Positions 16,312 through 29,960 of a stretch of DNA of 64,000 bases are shown one piece after another (within the stretch, counting starts at the first letter, position 1; every line of letters starts with the position of its first letter). The notes below the pieces were generated by a model. The model worked only from the letters and a program-made list of their open reading frames with translations, was not told the DNA's origin and did no database searches. The DNA is from the human T2T-CHM13v2.0 reference genome, Homo sapiens. Location of the stretch: assembly GCF_009914755.1 (NCBI RefSeq), contig NC_060926.1. One strand, given 5' to 3'. The position numbers and the translations under genes were made by a program.

Positions 16312-16792
16312 TTTTACAGTCTTGTCTATTACAATCTGTTGTCCGTATAACATACACAGAAGCACCCGTTTATACCATTGGGACTATGCTGCTTACAGTG
16401 TTACGTAATGTTGACTTCTTTTTATTTCCCGTAAACAATTTTACTACATTTCTTCCCTGTCACTAACTGATGTTCTCTTAACCATGATTTTAAGTTTCAT
16501 TGAATGGGCACCTTATTGTAGTTCAGTTGCGTATATTTTCTCATTTCTATAATGATTTATTCTTTAGTGCGTTATGAAATACTTGCTTCTGGTTTTTTCT
16601 CCTGGGTTATCTTTTTTTTATTGATTTCTGATTTGATTGCATCTTGGGGAGAGAATGTGGCCTGCCCAATACCGGTGCTTTGAACGGTGTGGAGGCTGCC
16701 CTGATGGCCCAGCACGTGGTCACTTTCATAAAAGCGCTATATATTTTTTTCACAACTTAATTACTTTATTGGGCTTAACAAATAGCATTTCC

Positions 16793-17242
<450 letters not shown>

Positions 17243-17885
17243 TACCATCTTAACCATTTTTTAAGTGTATAGGTCAATGGCATTAAGTACATTCATACTG
17301 TTGTGCAGCTGATCCCTAGAACTTTTTCACCTTCCAAAACTAAAGTTCTGTATCCACTAAACAGTAACTTCCCATTCCCCCTACCCCCAGCCCCTGGCAC
17401 CCACCATTCTACTTTCTGTGTTTATGAATCTAACTGCTCTAGGAACCTCTTATGAATAGAATCATATAGTATTTATCTTTTTTGTGACTGGCTTGTTTCA
17501 CTAAGCATAATGTCCTCAAGGTTCATCATGTTGTAGCACGGGTCAGCATTTCCTTCTGTTTTAAGGCAGAGAATAATATTCCATTGTATGTATATACCAC
17601 ATTTTATGTATCCATTCATCCATCAGTAAATGCTTGGATTGTTTCTACCTTTCAGCTATTTGAATAATGCTGCTATGAATATGGATATGCAAATATCCTT
17701 TGAGATCCTGTTTTCAGTTCTTCTGGGTGTATGCTCAGAAGTAGAATTGCTGGATTGCGTGGTCATTTTAGATTTAATCTTTTCAGGAACTGGCATACTG
17801 TTTTCCATAGTGGCTCCAGTACTTTGCATTCCCACTAGCAATGTACAAAAGTTTCTCCATATCCTCACTAACATGTGCTATTTTC
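17243..17885 (-). mobile_element. L1MB-type 3' end fragment
   Basis: Typical antisense L1M motifs (CATTCTACTTTCTGT, AATATTCCATTGTATGTATATACCACATTT, TGAATAATGCTGCTATGAA). Confidence 0.85.
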
Positions 17886-18179
17886 ATGGTCCCTATAATT
17901 TTGAAAAGGACCTGTACCTTCACATGGTTGGGCACGGTGTTGTATCTATATATGCCCATTCTGTCGAGCTTGTAACCATTTTGTTCAAATCGATATGCTA
18001 ATAGATGTTTTTTCTATTGGATTCACCATTTAATGAGAGAGGTGTTTTAAAGTTTCCCGAGTACTACGATGAACAATTTATTTCTCCTCGTAGTTTTTTC
18101 TGGCTCATATATTTTTCCATCCTTTAAATCTTTCAGAATTCTTATATTTTAACTGTGTCTTTTATAAACGTTGAGTCAG

Positions 18180-18312
18180 GGCCAGGTGTGGTGACTCATG
18201 CCTGTAATCTCAGCACTTTGGGAGGCTGAGACAGGTGGATTGCTTGATCTCAGGAGTTTGAGACCAGCTTGGGCAACATGGCAACACCCCATCACTACTA
18301 AAAATATACACA

Positions 18313-18361
<49 letters not shown>

Positions 18362-18560
18362 ACAATAGCTGGGGTGGTGGTACATGCCTGTGCGGTCCCA
18401 GCTACTCTGGAGGCTGAGGTGGGAGGATTGCTTGAGCCCAAGGTGGGAGTGGGTATGGGAGGGGGCCAGGGGTGCAGAGGTTGCAATGAGCTGAGATCGT
18501 GCCACTGCACTCCAGCATGGGTGACAGAGAGAGACCTTGTCTCAAAAAAAAAAAGAAAGA
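18180..18560 (+). mobile_element. AluJ-like with internal (CA)n microsatellite (~18308-18356) and a G-rich insertion
   Basis: Alu arms with the middle A-rich linker expanded to (CA)n. Confidence 0.9.
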
Positions 18561-19522
18561 AACATTGAGTCAGTAGTCTTTGTTTTTACCTGGAGAGTTT
18601 ATCACATTTGGATTTATTATACTATCTTATTAAGTGCTATTTTTCCCACTTTTTGTTTTTCCTCAGCCTCATTTTTCTGGACTTCTTTGGGAGACAAAAT
18701 CCTCTTATTTTTCCTAGACCTGTCTAGTTTGGAGTTTGTACATTATATGACTGTTATTTTAATAGTTACAGTAGCTACTTTAACACTGGTAGTTTACAAA
18801 GTCTAAGCTTAATTTCTTTAGCTTTCTTCAAATAATACAAGGACAATCCCAATTTATATGCTATATTGTCCAGTGTTTCCATTTTATCCTGTTTTTAAAT
18901 TCACAAATTAAACACTCTATTGTTTAGGCAGCCAAGGTTTGTTAAAATTTATCTACCTACTTACCAATATCTGCTCATCATTTCTTTTAATTTTTATGGG
19001 TATATAATAGGTACATATATTTATGGGGTACATTTATCATTCCTTCTTGCATCAAATACTCTCTATCTGGGATCCTTTTCCATCTTTCTAAAGTTGATCC
19101 TTTAGAATTTCCTTTAAGGGATACAGGATACAACAAGCAGAATTGTCTGTAACTAGCCCTAGAAGCTCACTCAGGGTGGCCTGGATAAAGAGTAGGTTAA
19201 AACCACCGCTGCCCCCACTCAGCCTGCCTTCTTTCAGTGGGGGGGGAGTGATGCAAGCTCGACATCCCGTGGGGCTCAGGTGTGGGGCAGCTGGTTTTCT
19301 CAGCAATGAAAACAGCTGGCACCCAGGTCCCAACTGCTGCTGCCTCAGCAAGTCATCCCCCTCCTAATAGGTCACTTCCTGTTTGCCTCAGAAGGGTAGC
19401 AACAGGGGCCGGTGCTTCTCCCTGAAAGGTGAGCTGTCTCTGTGTGAGCAGAACGAGGCGAGGTTGGGGTTGCAGGCTCCCTGCTTTTGTGTCTCTTGCT
19501 GCCACTTGCCCATGTAAGCTTC

Positions 19523-20621
19523 TGATGCAGGATTTTTCTGGGCTGCTTTGCCAGCTGGAGACCTCTGGTCAGCCACACCTCTGCCCGGGCCTTGCTCGGC
19601 CCCAGGTTTGCCACAGGAGGCACCCTACCCACTCAGTCCACTGGGCCGCATCTGGCTTGCACACCAGTGCAGACCCCATGGCCACCATGACTGAGTGCTC
19701 AGCCCCCGGCTGGAGGGTGTGTGTGGGCAAGTGAGTGTGGGGTCCAGCACTGGCACAGGAGGGGCTCTGTGTGGGGCTTGTGGCTGGACCAGGCATGTTG
19801 CAAGCTCCTGCAGTGAACTCTAGTGTCCAGATGAGGAGAATGCGGTGGCATCGAAACAGGGAGGGCTGCAACCTTGAAGCCCCAGAGGTCACACTACATG
19901 GGCTAACAGGTCTTTTAGGCCTGCCACAGCCCAACAAACAGGGGTATATTAACATCTCTGTCAGTCCTGTTGCCCTGCTCCAGCCCATGGCTCTGGGGCT
20001 CACCCAGCCCTGTCGCTGCTTCCTGTTGGTGTGGTGCAACTGCTAGGCATTGATCATGGGTGGGGAGGGTAGAGGGCTACAGTGTTACTGCCGTCTTTGT
20101 ACCCGAGTTCAGCGAGGTCCCGAGTGCTTGTCCCACATCCAAGAAGAATGAGATTACACTGACAAGTGAAGGGTGAGAAGGGCGGAGAACAGTTTTACTG
20201 AATGATGAAACAGCTCTCAGCAGAGATGGGATTCAAGGATGGTCTCCCACCAGAAGTCATGTGGTCTCTCTGTCAGTGTGGCTGGGTTTGGGGCTTTTAT
20301 GGGCTCAGAATCGGGATGTGTTATTTATTGGTTTGTGAGTATCCAAAAAAGGCTAAAACAAAGGCACAATTCAAAGGTGGGCATGACAGTGTAAAAAACC
20401 AATTAGGGAAGGGTAGGTATATGTAAAATAGGTGAAGCGTGGGGATCAATCAGAGGAAAGTGCGCCAAATGGGAAGAGAGGTTCTCAATCCGGTCCGTGG
20501 ACTTATCCAAGACTGGTAGCTTGGCTTTTGGGCTTTAAACTGTCTTTGGTTTGAAGGTGGGGTTTCACTAGGGACCTGCCCCCAGTCTGCCTAAGAATTT
20601 GTCTACCTCCTTCTGCTATCA
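19523..20621 (-). mobile_element. ERV1-class solo LTR (MER52/LTR27-like) with 4-bp TSD CTTC
   Basis: Termini TGATGCAGGATTTTTC...CTGCTATCA; CTTC at 19519-19522 and 20622-20625. Confidence 0.8.
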
Positions 20622-21239
20622 CTTCCCTGATAAAGCTTATTCCTTAATCTATCCTGTGTTTTGTTGGGAAATCATCTAAGATCTGCTTCCTGGCAGGTGG
20701 TGACCACCAAGAGACCCATCTTTTAGACAGTGCCTTTTAGTGATAAACTTTGTCTATTTTGTCATCATACCTGAAAGGTAGTTTCCCTGGGTGTAGAATT
20801 CTAGGATGACAATTGATCTCTTAAAGCACATTGAAGATGTCATTCTAGTGCATTCTGGCATCCACTGATGCTGTTGAGAAGTCGGCTTTCAGTTACATTT
20901 GTTTCCTATGTGGTCTCTCTTTCTCTGGCTGCTTTTTAAATCTTTTTCCTTGGTGTCCTGCAGCCTCAGGACTTCAACATGCATTGAAGTGTGCTTCTAT
21001 TTAAATCTTGCTAGGGATTTACTGAGATACCTGGATTTCTAACTCTGGAAAAATTTCATTCCTATCTCCTTTAATATTGCTTCCTCTCTTCTCTGTTGAT
21101 TCCCTTCTTGAACTCCAGAGTAGATGCTCCTTAGACCCTCCTACCCCAGCCACCATGTCCTTCACTTCTTGTCTATATTTTTCTATCTCTGTCTCTTGGT
21201 CCTATAGTTGGGATGATTTTTTAAAATTTTTTAGATTTC

Positions 21240-21540
21240 ATTTATTTTTTAGAGATGGGGTCTCACTCTGTCACCCAGGCCAGACAGAGTACAATAGTGG
21301 GACCATAGCTCACTGCAGCCTCAACCTCCTGGGCTCAAGTGATCCTCCCTCCTCAATCTCCTGAGTAGCTAGGACTACAGGCACATGCCACCATGCCTGG
21401 CTAGTTTTTTTTTTTTCTTTTTGTAGAGATGGGGTCTCATTCTGCTTCCCAGGCTGGTCTTGAACTCTTGGCCTCAAGCGATCCTCCCACCTCAGCCTCT
21501 TGAGTCTCTGGGATTACAGGTATGAGCCACCTTGCCTGGC
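21240..21540 (-). mobile_element. AluJ-like
   Basis: Antisense Alu consensus. Confidence 0.9.
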
Positions 21541-21845
21541 TAGGATGATTTCTTGAGCACCGTCTTTAAGTCCACAACCAATTGCCTCTTTAGACATATC
21601 TAATATACTTTTCACTGCAACCGTTTAGTATGTTTTTTTCGACCACTGTGTTTTTAATTTCATTTTAGAAGTTCTGTTTAATTTTTTTTTCAAATATACT
21701 GGTTCTTTCTGTGAAGTCTCTTGGCCCTTGTTCACATTTTCTTTTTTTTTTTTTATGATCTTGTTGCATGCCAACTTCGTTCACATTTTCAGGCTTCTCT
21801 TTACTACTTAAACATTAAAGTTGAAATTGACACCTTCCCCAACTG

Positions 21846-22511
21846 GGCACTCCCTGCGCCCTTCTCCTGCGTGTGTCTCCCCAGCCTGGCACTCCCTACA
21901 CCCTTCTCCTGTGTGTGTCTCCCCAGCCTGGCACTCCCCGCGCCCTTCTCCTGTGTGTGTCTCCCCAGCCTGGCACTCCCCGCGCCCTTCTCCTGTGTGT
22001 GTCTCCCCAGCCTGGCACTCCCCGCGCCCGTCTCCTGTGTGTGTCTCCCCAGCCTGGCACTCCCCGCGCCCTTCTCCTGTGTGTGTCTCCCCAGCCTGGC
22101 ACTCCCCGCGCCCTTCTCCTGTGTGTGTCTCCCCAGCCTGGCACTCCCCGCGCCCTTCTCCTGTGTGTGTCTCCCCAGCCTGGCACTCCCCGCGCCCTTC
22201 TCCTGTGTGTGTCTCCCCAGCCTGGCACTCCCCGCGCCCTTCTCCTGTGTGTGTCTCCCCAGCCTGGCACTCCCTGCGCCCTTCTCCTGTGTGTGTCTCC
22301 CCAGCCTGGCACTCCCTGCGCCCTTCTCCTGTGTGTGTCTCCCCAGCCTGGCACTCCCTGCGCCCTTCTCCTGTGTGTGTCTCCCCAGCCTGGCACTCCC
22401 TGCGCCCTTCTCCTGTGTGTGTCTCCCCAGCCTGGCACTCCCTGCGCCCTTCTCCTGTGTTGTCTCCCCAGCCTGGCACTCCCTGTGCCTTTCTCCTGTG
22501 TGTGTCTCCAG
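21846..22511. repeat. VNTR, 42-bp unit GGCACTCCCYGCGCCCTTCTCCTGTGTGTGTCTCCCCAGCCT, ~16 copies
   Basis: Direct reading; 14-aa periodicity in five reported ORFs. Confidence 0.97.
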
Positions 22512-23029
22512 GGCACAGGTGTGTCAACTCCATGGCAGCCGGGACTTTTGTCTGTTTATCTCACTTTTGTGTCCACTTCCTTGAACAGGGCTCAGTAAGC
22601 CAGCACTGGTTGGATAGACAGTAGCTTCATATTCGGTGTCTCATCAGTGTTTGAAGCCTGTGGAGGACCCTTTTGCTGACTCTCCTTCTGTGTGCACTTT
22701 GCTATTTCTGCCCCAATGAGAGGTTATTTTTCTTGGAACTTGATCTGTGGGAATTCTTTGAGGCCCAGGCTGAAGTAGTCTCTAGAAAGGAACTATATTT
22801 GCTTCTGCCAGTTGCTTGGGGCACTATCAACCTAGAACTGCTGTCACTTAGCTTCTTTGCTTGAGAGTTTTCAGAACACTAAAGTGTGAATTTCGGTGGG
22901 ATTTTTGATCTAAACTTCATGTGAGGCCCAGGCCTGGGCTAAGGTTGAGATGAGCAGGCTTTTCTGCTGAGCCAGTATTTTAGTTCTTGTTACTTCTATC
23001 TCCACCTCCTCCTCAATGTTATCTTTAAA

Positions 23030-24050
23030 ATTTTTTTTAATTGTGATAAAATACATGCAATATATAATTTACCATCTTAACCACATTGAAGTGTATATTT
23101 CAGTAGTGTCAAGTGTGTTCACATTGTTGGGCAACTGATCTCTAGAATGTTTTCATTGTAAAAATGGAAACTATACCCATTAAACACTAGCTCCCCATTT
23201 CCCCTCCCCCAACCCCTGGCTGAATTGCCATTCTTTCTGTTTATGAATTTGACTACTCTAGATACCTCATGAGTGAAATAATATAGCATCTGCCCTTTTG
23301 TGTCTGGATTATTTTGCATAGCATAGATGTCTTCAGGATTCACCCACATTGTAGCATGTAACAGGATTTCCTTCCTTTGGAAGCCTGAAGAATATTCTGT
23401 TTTATGGACATACCACATTTTGTTGATCCATTCATCCACTCATGGATGCTTGGGTTGCTTCCACCTTTTGGCTGTTGTGAATAATGCTGCTATAAATAGA
23501 TATGGGTGTACAAATGTCTACGTCCCTGCTTTCAGTTCTTTTGGATATACTCAGAAGTGGAATTGCTGGATCACGTGGTAATTCTGTTTAATTTTTTGAG
23601 GAACCACCATACCATTTTCCATAGTGCCTATACCATTTTAAGTTCCCACCAATAGTGCACAAGGGTTCCAATTTCTCCATATCTTTGCCAACACTTGTTA
23701 TTTTCTATTTTTTTCTTAAATAGTAGCCATCCTAATGGATGCAAAATGCTATTGCATTATGGTTTTGATTTATATGTCCATAAAGATTAAAGATGTTGAG
23801 TATCTTTCCAAATGCTTATTGGTATTGGTGTATCTTCTTTGGACAAATGTCTGTTCAAGTCTTCTGCCTATTTTTTTCTCTTTTGGTAGGGTCAGGGTCT
23901 TGCTGGGATGCCCAGGCTGGTTGCAAACTCCTGAGCTCAAGCAATTCTCTCCCCTTGGCCTCCCAAAACACTGGGATTACCGGCATGAGCCATTGTGTCC
24001 AGCCATTTTGCCTGTTTTTTAAATGAGGTTATTTGTGGATTTTTTGTTGT
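23030..24050 (-). mobile_element. L1MB-type 3' end fragment containing an Alu monomer (~23885-24004)
   Basis: Minus-strand translation MDEWINKMWYVH...KEILLHATMWVN resembles the L1 ORF2 C-terminus. Confidence 0.85.
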
Positions 24051-25933
24051 TGTTCTTATTCTCGTTACTTTTTACACTGAGGGTGGGACTCTATGGGTGC
24101 CAGTTCTATGCAAGCATTTCGTATGAGACTCCTGCTCTAAATTGGTTTCTGCACCCTATGCAGTCATCCAGGTAGAAGTTCAAGCTCTCAGCACACAGTT
24201 TGAGATGAGTGCTGGCTCAGACCCACTAAGCTGTCAGGGTTTCTGCCTTCTCTTTGCTTCTGGCCGCTATGGCAGCCTGAGGATGCCTCTAACAAGATGC
24301 GTTTTACATTTTCTCCAGCATTTTAGCTGTTTGTATCAGGAGGGCCGTCAGGCATCTAATCGCCCACACGATAGAAACCGTAGCTCCCGGACACTGATTT
24401 TCTTACCACGTCTTGACTTTTCTCTCTGCCATCAGAAGTATTTGCTTGTGTCTGAGAGAGCCCGAGGATTCCGTATAGGTAAATGCATCATTAGGGTCAT
24501 GACAGAAAGGAGAGCGGGGAGTAAATGTGTGTCTACACCATGATTTTGTAATTTTATATGCCTGTGAATAAGGACATGAAGTTTACGTAGAGAAAGGAAA
24601 AGAGGTCATTTCTTAGACTGGTGTATTGGGGACAGCTTACTCTCCTTTTAAAAATGCACTCCTCCCTTCATCAGCCACGCAGTCAGTCAGTCAGTTGAGA
24701 GTGAGTCCTTGGCTCCAGCCCTGTCCTGGAAGCAGGAGACCCAGAGACTGAAGAGATTAGAAAGCGCCCGGTCCTGAGTCCCTGTGCTTGTGATGCTGGT
24801 TATGTACACAGTGAGCAGTGGCCTGCAAACGAAGTTAGGTGATGCAGTAATGGTATGCGGGTTAAACACTTTAACATTGGAAGGGCAACCTAAGAAAACA
24901 ATCCCAGCAGTTTGGGAGAGAACGCCTAGTTCTCAAACAGATGTTTTCGAGGGACAACAGGAACCACTGGAAAAGAGTTTGAAGTTGTGACTTTCCTTAG
25001 AGTGGTGAAAACAGGATTCCATTTTCAAAAATGTCCTTTTCACACCACTAAGAAATGCCAGCCACAGAGGGGATCTCAGCTGGGGGAGGGGGCAGAAGTG
25101 TGTAGGGTTTAGAGAAAAGCCCAGCCCCCTTTGGGCTTCCAAGAGCAATTCAGAATTCCTATGTGGAAAAGGGGAGAGGGGCAAGTTCCCAGAGAGACGA
25201 AGGGCAGAGCAGCCTGGAGACTTCCTCTCTGCCGGGACACCGCCTGCTCCGGCTGTCGGCAGCCTTCTTCAGGTCCCCTGTCTTTGTAAAAAGTGCTGCT
25301 CAAAGCTGGGACTTAAACTAAACAGATTTCCTAGAGGAAACACACACACACCATCACACTCTGCTAACGTTGCTTTTATGGACATTTCCCTGAGAAATAT
25401 TTCTCTCTGGAAAAATAAATTCACAGGATGTAATTAAAACCATGATGTGTGTATGTTGGCCAGGACTCTTCTTAATTGCTTCACCAAATGGGCCACCAAA
25501 TAAAGCAATGAAGGCCGGCTTTGTTCACGTCGATTAACAATGCTATTTATTAATTGTAACACAGGGCATTCTCTTGGTACTTTATGGTTTCAGAAACAGC
25601 CTTGCGGTTGGCCCTTGCCCAAGGCAGCCTCAGTTGTGACCCCAGTGTGACCTCTGCAGGGAGACACCGCGAGGGCTCCTCCGTGGCACTGGATGAGGCG
25701 ACAGGCTCAGCTCCACCGACACGCCCATTCAGGCGTGTGTTTTCTGCTGATAACCTAGGGGAAAATACATTCCAAACATGAAAAAGTTCCTGAAAAAGAA
25801 ACTGTTAGCAAAGCAGTGCTTTTGAGTAACAGGGCTAAGGGGAGTGAAGTCTTCTTACCCTCGGTGTGGCTCCTGGAGAGGCCTTCCCGCTCTCAGCCCG
25901 GGCTCTCCTGCTGGGTCCTCGCCGCAGGGAGCG

Positions 25934-26357
25934 ACTGTAATTCCAGTTTCCTTACTGGATGTATGAGCCCTGAAGCTTCGGAAACAGTTCACCACAGACC
26001 CGTGTGAAGCCCAGGTGCAGGCAGGGCTGCGCTCCCCCGACCCCCACGTTCTAGGGGAGGGTCCTTGTTGCCTCTGCCAGCTTCTGGGGGCCCCAGGTGT
26101 TCCTCGGCTTGTGGCCACGTCGCTGCACTCTCCACCCCCGTCTTCACGCTGTCTTCTCTCTCTCCAATCCGCCTTTGCCTTTCTCTTGTAAAGGCAGCTG
26201 CCATTGGATTAGGGCCTGCCCTAAATCCAGGACGATCTCATCTTGAGATCCTTAATCGCATCTGCAAAGACCCTTTTTCCAAATAAGGTCCCATTCACGG
26301 TTCCGGAGCTGAGACCGTGGACATCTCTGTTTTGGAGGCTGCCATTCAATGCCCCCA
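25934..26357 (-). mobile_element. MLT1 (ERVL-MaLR) LTR
   Basis: CATTGGATTAGGGCC...CATCTGCAAAGACCCTTTTTCCAAATAAGGTC is a hallmark of antisense MLT1B/C. Confidence 0.82.
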
Positions 26358-29300
26358 TGCTGCTCTATAGGTTCCTTGGGATGGTGTCCAGCTTTGCTCG
26401 CCCCTGAACCCTAGAACCCCGCTGCCCTGGTGTGGCAGTTTGTCAATTTCAGAGCATGAATGCCTTTATCCATTGGTTCAGGAACAAGGCCTGGGCCAGC
26501 TCCTGTGACAGAATCAAAATACCCGTCCCACCAGAAGCCACTTTCGTGGAACCTAACTGTCTGCCAGGAGAGATAGGCCAGCTCCTCCGGCAGCTGCAGT
26601 CAGGTGAGGAGATAAATGCTGCTGGGAGGACCTGGAGCCAAGGCCCCAGCTGCGGGGCGGAAAGCGGGGGTGCGGTGGGGGAGGCATCTGGTGAGGGGGA
26701 GAGGTCCCCAGGACAGGGGTATGGGAGGGAGGGAGCCTCGTGCGCAGACCCCAGGGAGAGAGTGCTGGCCCTGGAGGGTCAGGTTCTAGGCAGGGCGCTT
26801 GGGAGCTGGAGGAGGGGAGGGAGGTTGGGGCTCTTCTCGGGAAGGGCCTCAGATGCCCAGGCTCCTCCAAGAGCCTATAGATGGGCATTCGGGACCGTGA
26901 AGGAGTCTGTGAGCCCGAGTGACAGAGACCAACTGGTATGGCAGGAAAAGTTCACCTGGCGGTAAGGAGGGCATGGTGAGGCCAGCCCAAAGACTCCAGC
27001 ACTGCCGCAGGACAGGCGGGGAGCGGAGCTGAGGGCTGGGATAGGGTCTCCACTCACCCTGCTTTGAAAACTGGCAGCTCTGTGTTCTGAGGCCCACTCA
27101 GTGCTGGGCAAGCTGGGCTGTTGGTCCCGCTGTGGCCGAAGAGTCTCTAAAAACCTCCTGTCTCTGCTGCCAGTCCCTGCTCTGGGACTGAGATTTCCTC
27201 ACCTCTGACTCCTCCCGCTGTGGCAGTGACCAGCACATGGTAGTTGCCTTCCACAGGTGCTGCCTGGAGAGACGCAGGCCCTGGTAGAGGATGCAGGGGC
27301 TCACTGAGCGCTGTGGCCTCCTGACACTAGTGGAGTTCTCGGTCACACCAAGGGAGGCAGCACAGCACCTGTGAGGGGGGCTGAAAGAGGGCACCCCCTT
27401 GGCAGGACTCCCAGGGCCCACACTGTCCTCTGCAGTCCCCACAGCTGGGCTTCCCGGTCCTCCCTGGGACCTCCACTGCCAGGCTAAACCACATCCAGGC
27501 AGAGGCCGACCTGGCTGGAAGAGGGAGGCTTCGAGGGCTGCAAGGAACATCACGGCCTGGGCCCTGCCCAGCCCCACCAGCCCCAAGCTGAGGGCCTGCT
27601 GGGACACTGCGTCTACCCCTGAGCCCTGCTCTGTTCCAAGCTGGGCAGAGAAGGTGGGCTCAGTTTAGGACAGGGTGGGGTGGGGTGGGAGGCTGGAGGT
27701 GGGCGTGGCTCCACTCAGCAAAGCCATGCCATAGCGTTAGCAGCCATGGCACCGATGCCCACTGTGTCCTGAGGCTCTCTCTGCCCCAGGAAGCCTGTGG
27801 CACATTCTATGGGATTTTGTGTCTTTACAAAGCCTGCAAAGTGGGTATTATCAGCCCGATTTGACAGGGAGGCAGCTGGTGCTCAGAGGAGTCACCCTGT
27901 CCTGGTGACTCAGCTGGAAGGATGTGGATCTGCCTCCCTAGCTTGGGGCAGACACCCTGACTCTCTGCAGGTGGGCTCCAAGGCCTGAGACAGGGTCTGC
28001 GGGGCAGGGGCTGGTAAAGATGTTTCCAGGGCAAAGCCTGGAGGGTCAGCGAGCTGCCCTCATCTCGTGGCCTCACCTGGTAAACCTTCAGATCCCCTGC
28101 TTCCTTCAAAGCAGGAGATCCTTCAAAGGGGAAGAGAGGGCTGGGCCTCCTGGGAGGAGACACCCCAAACACAGGCCCACAGGGCCTAGGATCAGGAGAG
28201 ATTCCCATTTCTGGTCCCTGCCTGGGTGACATCTGCTGCCCAATTCCCGGAGACAGCTGTGGGGGTTAAGCGACAGCAGCACCAGCACACCCAGGCCCAG
28301 CAGGATCCTCACCAGCATGCAGCTGTGGAGCTCATGTTTCCAGCCCCCCATATACCTGCCATGCTTCCAGAGGGGCCCCCAGTTCCCTGCAACAGGAAGG
28401 ATGAGGGATGGGGGCCCCTTCTCAGACCTCCTGAACCAGAAAGTCCATTGTTGGACATTTTTGTTATAAAATGATGGTAATGAGCACTACTGTAGCTGAA
28501 TCTCCCCCACATCTGATTATTTCCCTAGAATGAATGCCTGGAAGAGGCATTTCTGATCAAGGATTATTCATTCTTATGCTTTAGCTAGACTGCCAAATTT
28601 TCCACCACAAAGACTGGGCTAGGCTCCACAGAGGGGTCACTGGGGACACTTTGGGGGAGGCCTGAGCCTCCAGGAGGCAACAGGAAGCGACGGGTGATTT
28701 TAGGGGTGGGAAAACGGGAGGGAGCCACTGGGACCTGGAGGGGCAAGACAGCCCACTGCACTGGTCCTGTTGCTGCTGTGCTGGGCTGGGATGGCACTGG
28801 TAGGCACTGGTAAATCCCTGTTGCTTGTAGGTGATGGGACCCAAGTTGCTTCATCTCTAGCGGTCACTGAGTGTCCCTGTGTTGGTGGGTCTTTTGGGCT
28901 CAGAGGACCTGGAAGAAGAGGGACTCTGGAGAGGTGAGGTCAGAGGGGGAGACAGGCTGTAGGGCTGGACAGTCTGGATGTGATCCCAACTCAGCCACCT
29001 GTGGGCTATGTGGTTTTGGGCATAGCACCAGGCCCCCAGATCTCAGGGTCCTGAGAAATGGGGGTGATGGTATTGGCAGAGTGGCCAGCAATTGAGTGTC
29101 CTTCCCCCTCCAGCACTGCTGGCTCTGTGGACACTGCCCTGCACCATGTGGGCATTTAGGAGGCACGGAGGTGGGCATGTGAGGCCACCTCCCCGCTACA
29201 GACCACGTGCGGCCTCAGGTTCTTCTAAGAGGCAGGATCCCAAGGGCAACACGTGGCAGGGAAGGTGGAGGTGCAGGTGCAGGAGGGCCACTCTGCTCAG

Positions 29301-29494
29301 GGACTCAATACCTTGATGCAAAGGCTACCGACACGCAGAACGCTCACTGTGAGCCCACCGGGACCAGGCAGGCAGAGCAGCGGAGGCCCCCGGAGACGTG
29401 GCTCTCACCAGGCTGCACTTTAGAATCACCTGGGTGCTCTGAACCACCCAACACCCAACCCGCACCCCTGACTGACTGCACCGGAACCTCTTTT

Positions 29495-29960
29495 AAAAAA
29501 TTCTTTAAAACAATTGTGGTAAAATATATAGAACATAAAACTTAACCTGCTTTAAATGCGCAGTTCAGTACTGTTAATGCACAATTCACATTGCTGTGTG
29601 ACCCGTCTCCAAAACTTTTTCATCTTCCTCAACTGAAGCTCTGTCCCCATGAAAAACTAACTCCTCATTCCCCACTCCCCCAGCCCTTGGCAACCCCCAT
29701 TCCGCTCCACCATTTCACTGCTCCAGGGACCTCAAATAATTGGAATCACACAGTACTGTATTTGTCTTTTTGTGGCTGGCTTATCTCACTCAGCATAACG
29801 TCTTCAAGGTCATCCGTGTTGTGACGTGTGTCAGGATTCCCTTCCTTTCTAAGGCTGAGTACGAATCCATTGTATGGACGGACAGCATTTCCTTTCTAAG
29901 GCTGAGTACGATTCCATTGTATGGATGGACGGCATTTCGTTTATCCATTCATCCATCCAA
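29495..29960 (-). mobile_element. L1MB-type fragment with an internal ~48-bp tandem duplication (~29841-29938)
   Basis: Antisense L1M 3' motifs; TTCCTTTCTAAGGCTGAGTACGA.TCCATTGTATGGA occurs twice. Confidence 0.8.

Noticed and set aside
21721-22624. 200-290 aa ORFs in five frames
   Set aside because: Artefact of a stop-free 42-bp VNTR; no promoter, exon structure or domain
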